From: Candidatus Nomurabacteria bacterium
Lineage (GTDB): Bacteria > Patescibacteriota > Minisyncoccia > Phycocordibacterales > UBA9973
Assembly (NCBI GenBank): GCA_026395895.1
Contig: JAPLXV010000021.1
Span: forward strand, 1-54,700
Direction: 5' to 3'
Length of the DNA: 54,700 nucleotides
Below are positions 35,719 through 44,305 of this stretch, one piece after another. The position numbers and the translations under genes were made by a program. The notes beneath the pieces were generated by a model, which had not been told where the DNA came from, did not search any database, and was given only the letters and a program-made list of their open reading frames with translations. Positions within the stretch are counted from its first letter, which is position 1; each line of letters begins with the position of its first letter.

Positions 35719-35830
35719 CTTAGTGGACTCCTTCACTTAGAAAAAAGAAATCAACAAAATAGCGCAAAAACGAGAGTTCCTACGTTTCGCCAAGATTTAG
35801 TTGATTTATTAGTTTTTTGTTTTTTATTTA

Positions 35831-35856
35831 ATACTAGCATACTAGTATGCTAGTAT
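35831..35856. promoter_or_regulatory. Perfect 26-bp palindrome with CTAG-N4-CTAG-N4-CTAG phasing: TrpR-type operator candidate
   Basis: The sequence is ATACTAGCATACT|AGTATGCTAGTAT. It lies between the trpR-like gene and trpB and resembles the E. coli trp operator ACTAGTTAACTAGT. Confidence 0.65.
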
Positions 35857-35905
35857 ATACAAAAAAGAAAAGCAAGAGTAAAATTTGTTTGGCTGTGGAT
35901 AACTT

Positions 35906-36196
35906 TTATTTAAGAATTTTTAAGGCTCGTCTAAATCCCCCCTCTTTTTTGCGCATCTCTCGAGACCCACGAGTAACGGTTGCTACTCCAAGATGTAAAT
36001 CTTCTGCAATAGTTTGTTGATACTCCCCTTTCGCTAGGCGCTTCACTATTTGCCATCGAACTCCAACGTTATCAAATTCTCTAGGTGTTAATATATCTTT
36101 GACAAAATCACCCAGAAGTTCTTTATCTTTGGCTATTTTATAAATTACTTCAACAACTTCTTTTTTGTATTGTCCAGAATTATTTTTCATAATCAA
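35906..36196 (-). CDS. trpR: Trp repressor family protein
   Basis: ILTPREFDNVGVRWQIVKRLAKGEYQQTIAEDLHLGVATVTRGSREM parallels E. coli TrpR (LLTPDE...GIATITRGSN). Confidence 0.8.
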   Translation of the reverse strand: MIMKNNSGQYKKEVVEVIYKIAKDKELLGDFVKDILTPREFDNVGVRWQIVKRLAKGEYQQTIAEDLHLGVATVTRGSREMRKKEGGFRRALKILK

Positions 36197-36210
36197 TATA
36201 TTATACTATA

Positions 36211-36249
36211 AAACAAATAAAAAAAGCGAAGAAATTATATTTCTTCGCT
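36211..36249 (-). terminator. Intrinsic terminator downstream of the 70-aa ORF
   Basis: On the minus strand, agcgaagaaat-ata-atttcttcgct is followed by TTTTTTATTTG. Confidence 0.75.
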
Positions 36250-36286
36250 TTTGAAAATGTTCTGTCTCTTTTGAAGACAGAAAAAC

Positions 36287-36499
36287 TTATGGCGCAAGAC
36301 GCCAGTGTCTTTTTTCTTTGTTTTTAGCTTCCTCTACTGTTGTTGGAGGATTAGAAAATGTTGTTTTTGTAGAAACTTTTTTCTTATCCTTTCCTATCTT
36401 TTTATTTTCATTTAAAGACAACAAATTTTCTCTGTCTTCGTCAGAAAAAAAAGCTGGAAAATCGTTTCCCCCAAAAGTATTACCTAAAATCTTTCCCAT
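36287..36499 (-). CDS. Hypothetical 70-aa protein
   Basis: A strong RBS (TAAGGAG) lies 8 nt upstream and two hairpins follow. No family was recognised. Confidence 0.5.
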   Translation of the reverse strand: MGKILGNTFGGNDFPAFFSDEDRENLLSLNENKKIGKDKKKVSTKTTFSNPPTTVEEAKNKEKRHWRLAP

Positions 36500-36808
36500 A
36501 AAAATACTCCTTATTAATTATTTAAAGAACAATCCATTCCCTAAAATATCATTTATTTATTCAAGGCTGGTGTATATGTTTCAGATTAGCAACACATACA
36601 TCAACCCAAAACAAAACTGGCTTCGATTTTATGCGGAGCCAGTTTTGTTTTTATATTTTAATTAAATTAATTTATACAAAAACAGACGGCTCCTTCTTAA
36701 TAAAGATAATGTGGAAGAAACGATTGATTTGTATATTTTTGAAATTTTTCATATTTGAACCTTAATTATAGCATATTTTAAAAATACAACAACAGACCTG
36801 TGGAAAAC

Positions 36809-37756
36809 TTATAGACTAACCCCAATATTTTCTCTAACTTCTTCCATTTTTTTGGATGCTATTACTTTTGCTTTGGCGCTACCTGCTTTTAAAATTTCTA
36901 ATGCTTTTGGAATATCTTTGGAAAATTCTTTTCTTTTCTCTCGCAACGGTGCAACAAATTTTTCTATATCTTCAACTAATATTTCTTTTAACTCTTTATA
37001 TTTCCCTTCTTTCTCTTTATAAATCTTTTTTAGTTCATCCTCACTTCGGAAAAGTTTATGAATGGCATAAACATTTTTTGGTACTCCTCCGCTCGAATCA
37101 GTCACTATAGCCATTACACATTTTTTTACCTCATCATATTCGGCAAAAAGTGGAATGATATTATTATAACTTTTAGACATCTTGCGTCCATCCAGACCCG
37201 GCACTATTTCCATATTTTTTATAATCATCGGTTCGGGCAATTTGAATGTATCGCCGAAAATTCGGTTGAATTTTTCGGCTGTATCACGGGCAATTTCTAC
37301 ATGTTGTTTTTGATCTTGTCCTACTGGCACAATATCTGGGCTATACAGCAAAATATCGGCAGCCATCAGCATCGGGTAATTAAAAGTACCGACATCAATT
37401 TCTTTATTTTTCGCTTCAGCATCCTTGAAGGCATGCGCTCGCATTAGATATGGCATGGTGGTGATGGTATCAAAAACCCAAGCAAGCTCAGTGTGTTCAG
37501 AAATATCAGACTGTTTAAACAAAGTTACTTTTTTGGGGTCAAGGCCTATAGCTAAATAATCAAGCAGAACATTGATAATATTTTCCTTCATTTCTTTCTT
37601 GTTTTTAAGTGAATGAAGAGCGTGATAGTCAGCTATAAAAATATAGCTATCATAGCTGTCTTGTAGGTCCACAAATTGCTTCATGGCGCCAAAATAGTTG
37701 CCAATATGAGGTTTGCCTGAAGGTTGAACGCCTGACAATAACACTTTTTTAGACAT
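36809..37756 (-). CDS. trpS: Tryptophanyl-tRNA synthetase
   Basis: It has the HIGH-type motif (GKPHIGNYFG) and the KMSKS motif. Confidence 0.95.
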   Translation of the reverse strand: MSKKVLLSGVQPSGKPHIGNYFGAMKQFVDLQDSYDSYIFIADYHALHSLKNKKEMKENIINVLLDYLAIGLDPKKVTLFKQSDISEHTELAWVFDTITTMPYLMRAHAFKDAEAKNKEIDVGTFNYPMLMAADILLYSPDIVPVGQDQKQHVEIARDTAEKFNRIFGDTFKLPEPMIIKNMEIVPGLDGRKMSKSYNNIIPLFAEYDEVKKCVMAIVTDSSGGVPKNVYAIHKLFRSEDELKKIYKEKEGKYKELKEILVEDIEKFVAPLREKRKEFSKDIPKALEILKAGSAKAKVIASKKMEEVRENIGVSL

Positions 37757-37773
37757 GCCTTAATTTTACAAGA

Positions 37774-37872
37774 AAGAAGTAGATTTTGCAAAGAATTTCT
37801 GAGCCTTCGCCCTCGGAGTCATAAGGACAGGGAACCCACGACTCTTAAAATTCTTTGCAAAATCTACTTCTT
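37774..37872. repeat. Perfect 25-bp inverted repeat flanking a 49-nt GC-enriched core, between divergent trpS and dnaB
   Basis: aagaagtagattttgcaaagaattt (37774-37798) is the exact reverse complement of 37848-37872. The core contains ccctcgg and ggagtc...gactc pairings. Confidence 0.7.
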
Positions 37873-37948
37873 AATTCTCCACATTTTAATAACATACTTA
37901 TGCATTTTGGGGCTTGGACTATTTTTTTACTATGCTAGAATGTCCCTA

Positions 37949-39340
37949 ATGGCTAAAATAAAGAAAGATAATTTACGTATTCCCCCTCAGAGTATTCCAT
38001 CAGAACAAGCAGTGCTTGGATCTATTATGCTTCGTAAGGATGCTATTCACGAAGTAGAGGACGTCATCAGTCCAGATTCTTTTTACGTTGAAAAACATAA
38101 ATTAATTTTCAAAGCGATGCTTGACCTCTCTCTTAAGAATGAACCAATTGATATGCTTTCTCTTTCCACTAAATTGGGCGAACAAAAATTATTGGAAAGA
38201 ATCGGAGGTAATCAATATTTAGCAGAAATAGTAAACACTGTTCCCTCTTCTACTAACGTTAAGCATTATGCTGAAATTGTGCAGAAAAAATTTGTTTTGA
38301 GAAGTTTGATAGAAGCGGCTGATTATGTTTCCGAACTTGGTTTTGAAGAAGGCGATGATCATATGACTGATATTTTAGATATGGCGGAGAAAAAAATCTT
38401 CAGCGTAATTTCCTCTCCTAAAAGTCAAAAATATATAAATTTGAAAGATGCTTTGCCTGAAGCTTGGGAACGATTGGAAAGATTACATGAGCACAAAGAT
38501 GCTTTCCGAGGATTGCAGACTGGTTTTCGAGATTTAGATAATACTCTTTCCGGTTTACAAAAATCTGATTTGGTTATTTTAGCTGCCCGCCCTTCCATAG
38601 GTAAGACCACACTAGCGCTTGATATTGCTCGTATGTCTTCAGTAAAAAATGGAAAATCGGTTTTAATATTTTCTTTGGAAATGTCTTCTCAGCAATTGGT
38701 GGATAGAATGCTCTCAGCTCAATCTAGAGTGAATGCTTGGAATTTACGTACCGGACACTTGTCGTCTGATAGAGATTTTTCGCAACTTCGAGATTCTTTA
38801 GATAAATTGGCTAAAGCAAAAATATATATTGACGATACACCTGGCAATTCGATAGTCAGAATGAAGGCTTTGGCCCGCAGGTTAAAAGCTGAAAAAGGAC
38901 TCGACCTTATTGTTGTTGATTATCTACAGCTTATGACCACTTCTAAAAATTATGATTCTATGGTCAATCAAGTGACAGAAATTTCAAGGTCATTAAAAAG
39001 TCTAGCCAAAGAATTGGATGTGCCAGTGCTTGCTCTCTCACAGCTTAATCGTGCTGTAGAGTCTCGTGGCGGTAAACCAAGATTGTCAGACCTCCGTGAT
39101 TCAGGTTCTATTGAACAAGACGCAGATGTGGTAATGTTCATTCATCGAGAAGATATGGGTAAAGATGAATCAGAAAAAACAAATGTGGCTGAAATTTTGA
39201 TTGAAAAACACCGCAATGGTCCAACCGGAAAAGTTCAACTTTATTTCGATGCAAAAACAACCACTTTCTTAGATCTAGAAAAGAGTAGCATGAGTGAATT
39301 TTCTCAAGCCAAAGCAAGCGGAGAATTGGATGAATTTTAA
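37949..39340 (+). CDS. dnaB: Replicative DNA helicase
   Basis: IPPQSIPSEQAVLGSIML, Walker A ARPSIGKTT and SLEMS are present. The start was chosen at MAKIKK (37949). Confidence 0.95.
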   Translation: MAKIKKDNLRIPPQSIPSEQAVLGSIMLRKDAIHEVEDVISPDSFYVEKHKLIFKAMLDLSLKNEPIDMLSLSTKLGEQKLLERIGGNQYLAEIVNTVPSSTNVKHYAEIVQKKFVLRSLIEAADYVSELGFEEGDDHMTDILDMAEKKIFSVISSPKSQKYINLKDALPEAWERLERLHEHKDAFRGLQTGFRDLDNTLSGLQKSDLVILAARPSIGKTTLALDIARMSSVKNGKSVLIFSLEMSSQQLVDRMLSAQSRVNAWNLRTGHLSSDRDFSQLRDSLDKLAKAKIYIDDTPGNSIVRMKALARRLKAEKGLDLIVVDYLQLMTTSKNYDSMVNQVTEISRSLKSLAKELDVPVLALSQLNRAVESRGGKPRLSDLRDSGSIEQDADVVMFIHREDMGKDESEKTNVAEILIEKHRNGPTGKVQLYFDAKTTTFLDLEKSSMSEFSQAKASGELDEF

Positions 39341-39341
39341 A

Positions 39342-39953
39342 ATGAACACCATAGAAAAACTAACTGAAATTTTTAAAGAATTTCCTGGCATCGGCGAAAG
39401 ACAAGCTAAACGCTTTGTTTATTTTTTGATGTCTAAAAATGGAAGTTATTCTGAAAATTTATCTTTGATGATAAAAGAATTAAAAAAGGACACTGCCCAA
39501 TGTACCGAATGTTTTAAATTTTTTCTTTCCGATAATAAAAAAGAAGACGTATGCGAAATCTGCACGGATGCAAATGCTGATACTTCTGTACTTTTGGTTG
39601 TGGAAAAAGATTCTGATTTAGAAAGTATTCATAAGAGTAGAATATATAATGGAAAATATTTTATTTTGGGAGGGCTAGTGCCGATTGTTGAAAAAAATAC
39701 AAATACAAAAATAAGAATAAGTGAGCTAATTAGTAAAATAAAAAAGGAGAAAAATTTAAAAGAAATAATTTTGGCTTTTTCATTAAATCCTCAAGGCAAT
39801 CACACTGATTTCTACGTCCGAAATCAATTAAAACCTGTTACCGAATCTCTTGGTATCAAAATATCTTCTTTGGGCAAAGGCCTTTCCACTGGCACCGAAT
39901 TAGAATATTCTGACAACGACACCCTCAAAAACGCCCTAAAAAATAGACAATAA
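39342..39953 (+). CDS. recR: Recombination protein RecR
   Basis: It has the HhH (FPGIGERQAKR), a C4 zinc finger (CTEC...CEIC) and a Toprim domain (VVEKDSD). It starts 1 nt after the dnaB stop. Confidence 0.93.
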   Translation: MNTIEKLTEIFKEFPGIGERQAKRFVYFLMSKNGSYSENLSLMIKELKKDTAQCTECFKFFLSDNKKEDVCEICTDANADTSVLLVVEKDSDLESIHKSRIYNGKYFILGGLVPIVEKNTNTKIRISELISKIKKEKNLKEIILAFSLNPQGNHTDFYVRNQLKPVTESLGIKISSLGKGLSTGTELEYSDNDTLKNALKNRQ

Positions 39954-39982
39954 AAAAAATTCCTGACAATCAGGAATTTTTT

Positions 39983-40309
39983 TTATTTTATAGCTAGAAT
40001 TTTTACTTTAAAGAATGGCTGGCGGTGGCCGTTGCGCTTTAGATAACGAGATTTTTGTTTATATTTTACAACCATCACTTTTCGAGAACGGCCGATTTGC
40101 ACCAATTCAGCTTCTACACTAGCGTCTTTAATATAAGGAGTACCGATAGTGGTATTTTTGCCATCATCAACTAAAAGAACCTTATCAAAGGAAATCTTGT
40201 CTCCCACTTTATATTCCCCCGTAATTTTCTCAATAGAAACTAAGCCATCTTTTGAGACTTTATATTGTTTCCCGCCTGTTTGTATAACTGCAAATTTCAT
40301 ACTTTTCAT
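39983..40309 (-). CDS. rplU: 50S ribosomal protein L21
   Basis: FAVIQTGGKQYKV...KYKQKSRYLKRNGHRQPF is typical of L21. Confidence 0.95.
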   Translation of the reverse strand: MKSMKFAVIQTGGKQYKVSKDGLVSIEKITGEYKVGDKISFDKVLLVDDGKNTTIGTPYIKDASVEAELVQIGRSRKVMVVKYKQKSRYLKRNGHRQPFFKVKILAIK

Positions 40310-40362
40310 ATTATATTACTTTTGTTGAAAAAGCAACTCTTAGGTGTTATAATAAGGCTTAT

Positions 40363-41379
40363 ATGCAATCAAAAATTATTGAAAGATATTTTTTCTTTAT
40401 TTTATTATTCGTTACCTTTATTTTTTCTTTTTTAATTTTTCGCCCTTTTTGGGTGGTGTTAGTACTAGGTGTTTCTTTCTCTATCGTGTTTTCCCCTGTT
40501 TATGAATGGCTCAATAAAAGATTATCAAATTGGCTATCAGCCCTTTTAACCGTGCTTCTCTTCATCATCATAATTGGCGGATTACTTTTTGGCATAAGTA
40601 TTATACTTTTAAATCAAAGTCAAAGTGTTTACAATATGTTTGCAAATACTGGAGACACTTCCCCTTTTATAGATTCAATAAATAATTCTATCAATAAAAT
40701 ATTACCTTCAGGTATATCTTTTAATCTATACGAAAAAATCACAAATGTTATTTCTGTTATAACAAATAATATAGCTAGTGTTTTTACTTCCACTTTATCT
40801 ACTCTTTTTTCTCTTTTTCTTACCTTCTTATCTATGTTCTTTTTCCTAAAGGACAACAAAGTATGGAAAAGAGCAATCAAAATATTAAGTCCACTTTCTG
40901 ATACAGATGATGAAAAAATAATAAACAAACTTTCTCTAGCAGTAAATGGCATTATCAAAGGATATCTTTTTGTCGTTATTATCCAAGGAACATTGGTCAG
41001 TATTGGATTTGCTATATTTGGAGTGCCAAATCCAGCACTGTGGGGTTTGGTAGCAATGGTCACTGCCCTTGTCCCGACTATCGGTAGCGGTCTTGTTTCC
41101 ATTCCAGCTATAATATTTCTTGTGGCAACAGGACACACAATGAGTGCTCTAGGTCTTCTGGTTTGGGCAGTAGCCATGGTTGGAACAATTGATAATATCT
41201 TAAATCCAGTTATCGTTGGCAGTAAAATAAATTTACCTCCTTTGATAATTTTATTTTCTGTTCTAGGTGGAATTTCGCTTTTGGGTCCAGTCGGCATTTT
41301 GGTCGGACCTTTAACCATCAGTTTGCTTTATACTCTCATCTCAATATATAGAAACGAATTTCAGCATAGTAGTTCATAA
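40363..41379 (+). CDS. AI-2E family transporter (PerM/YhhT-like)
   Basis: It has 8 TM helices and the characteristic C-terminal G-x-IDNIL-x-P-x-VVG motif (GTIDNILNPVIVGSK). Confidence 0.85.
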   Translation: MQSKIIERYFFFILLFVTFIFSFLIFRPFWVVLVLGVSFSIVFSPVYEWLNKRLSNWLSALLTVLLFIIIIGGLLFGISIILLNQSQSVYNMFANTGDTSPFIDSINNSINKILPSGISFNLYEKITNVISVITNNIASVFTSTLSTLFSLFLTFLSMFFFLKDNKVWKRAIKILSPLSDTDDEKIINKLSLAVNGIIKGYLFVVIIQGTLVSIGFAIFGVPNPALWGLVAMVTALVPTIGSGLVSIPAIIFLVATGHTMSALGLLVWAVAMVGTIDNILNPVIVGSKINLPPLIILFSVLGGISLLGPVGILVGPLTISLLYTLISIYRNEFQHSSS

Positions 41380-41388
41380 CTAATTTTT

Positions 41389-42744
41389 ATGTCATTAAAA
41401 TTTTACAATACTCTGACTAGAGAAAAAGAAGATTTCTCCCCTATTGATTCAAAGGAAGTCCGAATGTATACTTGCGGACCGACGGTTTATAACTATCCGC
41501 ATATCGGAAACTATCGCGCTTATATTTTTGCTGACATATTGAAACGTGTTTTAGTATATGAAGGCTTTAATGTAAAGCACATAATGAATCTGACTGATAT
41601 AGATGATAAAACCATTCTTAATTCGCAAAAAGAAGGAAAAACATTAAAAGAATTTACAGAATTTTATACTCAGGAATTTTTTAAAGATATAAAATCTTTA
41701 AATATTTTGAATCCAACTAAGTTTACGAAGGCTACCGATTATATCGACCAGATGGTTAGTATTATAAAAAAATTAATGGAAAATGGTTTGGCTTATAAAA
41801 GTGCCGACAACAGTATTTATTTTGATATCAAAAAATTCAAAAATTATGGGAAACTTTCACATCTTGTTTTAGAAAACCAAAAAGAAAATGCCTCCGGTAG
41901 AATTAAAACCGATGAATACGAAAAAGATAATGTTCAAGATTTTGCCCTTTGGAAAGCATGGGACAAAAAAGATGGAGATGTTTTTTGGGAAACAGAAATA
42001 GGCAAGGGTCGTCCAGGCTGGCACATAGAATGTTCTGCTATGTCTATGACAAATCTAGGAGAACAAATAGATATTCATACTGGCGGAGTGGATAATATAT
42101 TCCCCCATCACGAAAATGAAATCGCTCAATCCGAGGGCGCTACCGGAAAAGAATTTGTAAAATATTGGATGCATAATGAATGGGTACTGGTTGATCAGAA
42201 AAAAATGGCAAAATCTTTTAATAATTTCTATACCCTAAAAGATATAACAGACCGAAAAATTGACCCCATTGCCTATAGATTTTGGCTCTTAATGGCAAAT
42301 TACAGAACCAGGGTAAACTTCGTCTGGGAAGCCTTAGAAGGCTCAGAAATAGCCTTAAAACGCCTATATAAGCTCTATATGGAGCTGGGCAAGGACATAG
42401 GTGAAATAAGCACTAAATACCAGCAAAAGTTCAAAGAATACCTAGAAGATGATCTAGACACACCGAGGGCACTTTCCTTGCTTTGGGACGTAATAAAAGA
42501 TGAAAATCTTTCTCCCGCAGACAAAAAAGCAACTATTTTAGATTTTGATAAAGTATTAGGACTTGGTTTTGAAAATTTAAAAGAAGAAAAAATTCCAAAA
42601 GAAATTATAAAATTAGCCGAAGAACGCGAAGAGGTGCGTAAAAATAAAGATTTTAAAAAGTCCGATGAATTGCGAGATAAAATAAATTCTCTTGGTTATG
42701 AAATAAAAGACTCTTCCGACGGATATAAAATAAATAAAATCTAA
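41389..42744 (+). CDS. cysS: Cysteinyl-tRNA synthetase
   Basis: MYTCGPTVYNYPHIGNYR (HIGH), GWHIECS and KMAKS are present. Confidence 0.95.
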   Translation: MSLKFYNTLTREKEDFSPIDSKEVRMYTCGPTVYNYPHIGNYRAYIFADILKRVLVYEGFNVKHIMNLTDIDDKTILNSQKEGKTLKEFTEFYTQEFFKDIKSLNILNPTKFTKATDYIDQMVSIIKKLMENGLAYKSADNSIYFDIKKFKNYGKLSHLVLENQKENASGRIKTDEYEKDNVQDFALWKAWDKKDGDVFWETEIGKGRPGWHIECSAMSMTNLGEQIDIHTGGVDNIFPHHENEIAQSEGATGKEFVKYWMHNEWVLVDQKKMAKSFNNFYTLKDITDRKIDPIAYRFWLLMANYRTRVNFVWEALEGSEIALKRLYKLYMELGKDIGEISTKYQQKFKEYLEDDLDTPRALSLLWDVIKDENLSPADKKATILDFDKVLGLGFENLKEEKIPKEIIKLAEEREEVRKNKDFKKSDELRDKINSLGYEIKDSSDGYKINKI

Positions 42745-43710
42745 TTATTTATCCCAATTAAATCCTCTGCCAAAATGACCCCATTTTGCAGTTTCGGCAA
42801 ATTTTATATTTTCCAAATTCAACATTTTTTTAATTCCCCTTGGAGTTAAATCATACCCTTCTATTTTTATTTCTTTTCCATCCAAAATAGCCACCGCCAT
42901 CACCGGTTCAGGTTTGCCGATAGCATAAGCGAGTTTTACAAATACTTCCTTAGCTTTACCATTTTTTACGTAATCTACTGCTATCTTTCTAGCAATATAT
43001 GCCCCACTTCTATCTACTTTGGTACAATCTTTTCCAGAAAAAGAGCCACCACCAATCGACATTTGAGGTCCATAATTATCTACTACGAGTTTTCTACCTG
43101 AAAGACCACTGTCCGCTTCAAAATTGCATAAGCCATTTGCATCACAACTACCGATGCTCCATTCTCCAGCTGGATTAATTAAATATTCATCCGCTTTAAT
43201 AATACTTTTTACTAACGGTAATAAGTCAGTATTTTTTGTATTTTGAAAACTTACTACTACTGTCTTTATTTTATCTCCATCAATAGTAACCTGCGTTTTT
43301 CCGTCATAAGGATATTTTTCATAAACTTTCATACAAAGATTTCGAGCCAATTCATATTCTTTCGGCATCATATTTTTTGTTTCGGCAGTAGCATAGCCTT
43401 TCATTATTCCTTGATCACCTGCCCCGCCTGTATCTACACCCTGAGCAATTTCCGGACTTTGTTTAGTAAGATTAATATTGATTTTACAATTTTTTCCGAT
43501 TATTTTTCTAATAACTGACTCTAAATCTGGATTGGCTTTACTTGTCACTTCACCATTTACAGTAAGAAGATTGTGTCCACCAGTTACTTCTATCCCTGCT
43601 CGAGTATCTTTATCTTCTACTAGATATGCGTCTAAAATTGAATCAGCAATAAAATCACAAATCTTATCTGGATGCTTAGGACTCACAAATTCTGCTGTTT
43701 TTATACTCAT
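42745..43710 (-). CDS. metK: S-adenosylmethionine synthetase (compact form, 321 aa)
   Basis: It has SPKHPDKICD, GAGDQGIM and GGGSFSGKDCTKVDRSGAY. Loops are shorter than in E. coli MetK. Confidence 0.88.
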   Translation of the reverse strand: MSIKTAEFVSPKHPDKICDFIADSILDAYLVEDKDTRAGIEVTGGHNLLTVNGEVTSKANPDLESVIRKIIGKNCKININLTKQSPEIAQGVDTGGAGDQGIMKGYATAETKNMMPKEYELARNLCMKVYEKYPYDGKTQVTIDGDKIKTVVVSFQNTKNTDLLPLVKSIIKADEYLINPAGEWSIGSCDANGLCNFEADSGLSGRKLVVDNYGPQMSIGGGSFSGKDCTKVDRSGAYIARKIAVDYVKNGKAKEVFVKLAYAIGKPEPVMAVAILDGKEIKIEGYDLTPRGIKKMLNLENIKFAETAKWGHFGRGFNWDK

Positions 43711-43785
43711 AAATGAATTTATATTTTAATTTCTAACGTAATTCATTATAACGGAAATTTATATTTCTGACAACCTAAAAACTTA

Positions 43786-44304
43786 TTATTTTAAAAATAA
43801 ATTTTTAACTTTTGCTAATCGTTCTTCTGGTGTACCAACTATCTTAATAAATGGAATTTCGTGCTTTTCTAAAATGTCTCTAATGCGCTGGTCTATATCT
43901 TGTTGAAATTTTATATCCGTTGTTCGAACACCATCATCTTCAATAGAAAATTCTCCACTTGGCAAATACAAAACCAAATCATAATTACTAAATTTCGGCA
44001 CCAAAGTTTTAGTTGCAAATTCAATCAGGTCCGATTCTTCAGAAAACAAATGATGTATGTATGCCAGTATATCTATGCCACATCGATCAGCCACCCACTT
44101 TCCCTCTCCGTTTTCTAACTCAATTTGTTTGGCAATTAACCAAAGTTCTGTCTCTGCCGTCGCAGTTTGATCAAGGTTGTATCCTGATTCCTTGGCCAGT
44201 CGTGCCGCTTCAGGTAAAATTTTGAAATCAGGGTAATCTTTATTTATTTGTTTGGCTAAAGTGGTTTTACCCACACCTTGAGCGCCAGTAATTGCAATTT
44301 TCAT
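43786..44304 (-). CDS. AAA_28/NadR-like P-loop ATPase or small-molecule kinase
   Basis: Walker A GAQGVGKTT. The start was chosen at MKIAITG (44304), 1 nt after the ahcY stop. Confidence 0.7.
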   Translation of the reverse strand: MKIAITGAQGVGKTTLAKQINKDYPDFKILPEAARLAKESGYNLDQTATAETELWLIAKQIELENGEGKWVADRCGIDILAYIHHLFSEESDLIEFATKTLVPKFSNYDLVLYLPSGEFSIEDDGVRTTDIKFQQDIDQRIRDILEKHEIPFIKIVGTPEERLAKVKNLFLK

Positions 44305-44305
44305 T

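Noticed and set aside
37757-37948. T-box riboswitch leader for trpS
   Set aside because: No T-box consensus (GGGTGGTACCGCG-like), no specifier-loop context for UGG and no terminator/antiterminator pair is present. The region is dominated instead by a single perfect inverted repeat.
40629-41318. 229-aa ORF on the minus strand
   Set aside because: It lies entirely antisense to the well-supported AI-2E transporter gene. Its composition mirrors a hydrophobic gene read backwards, and it has no RBS or family resemblance, so it is a shadow ORF.
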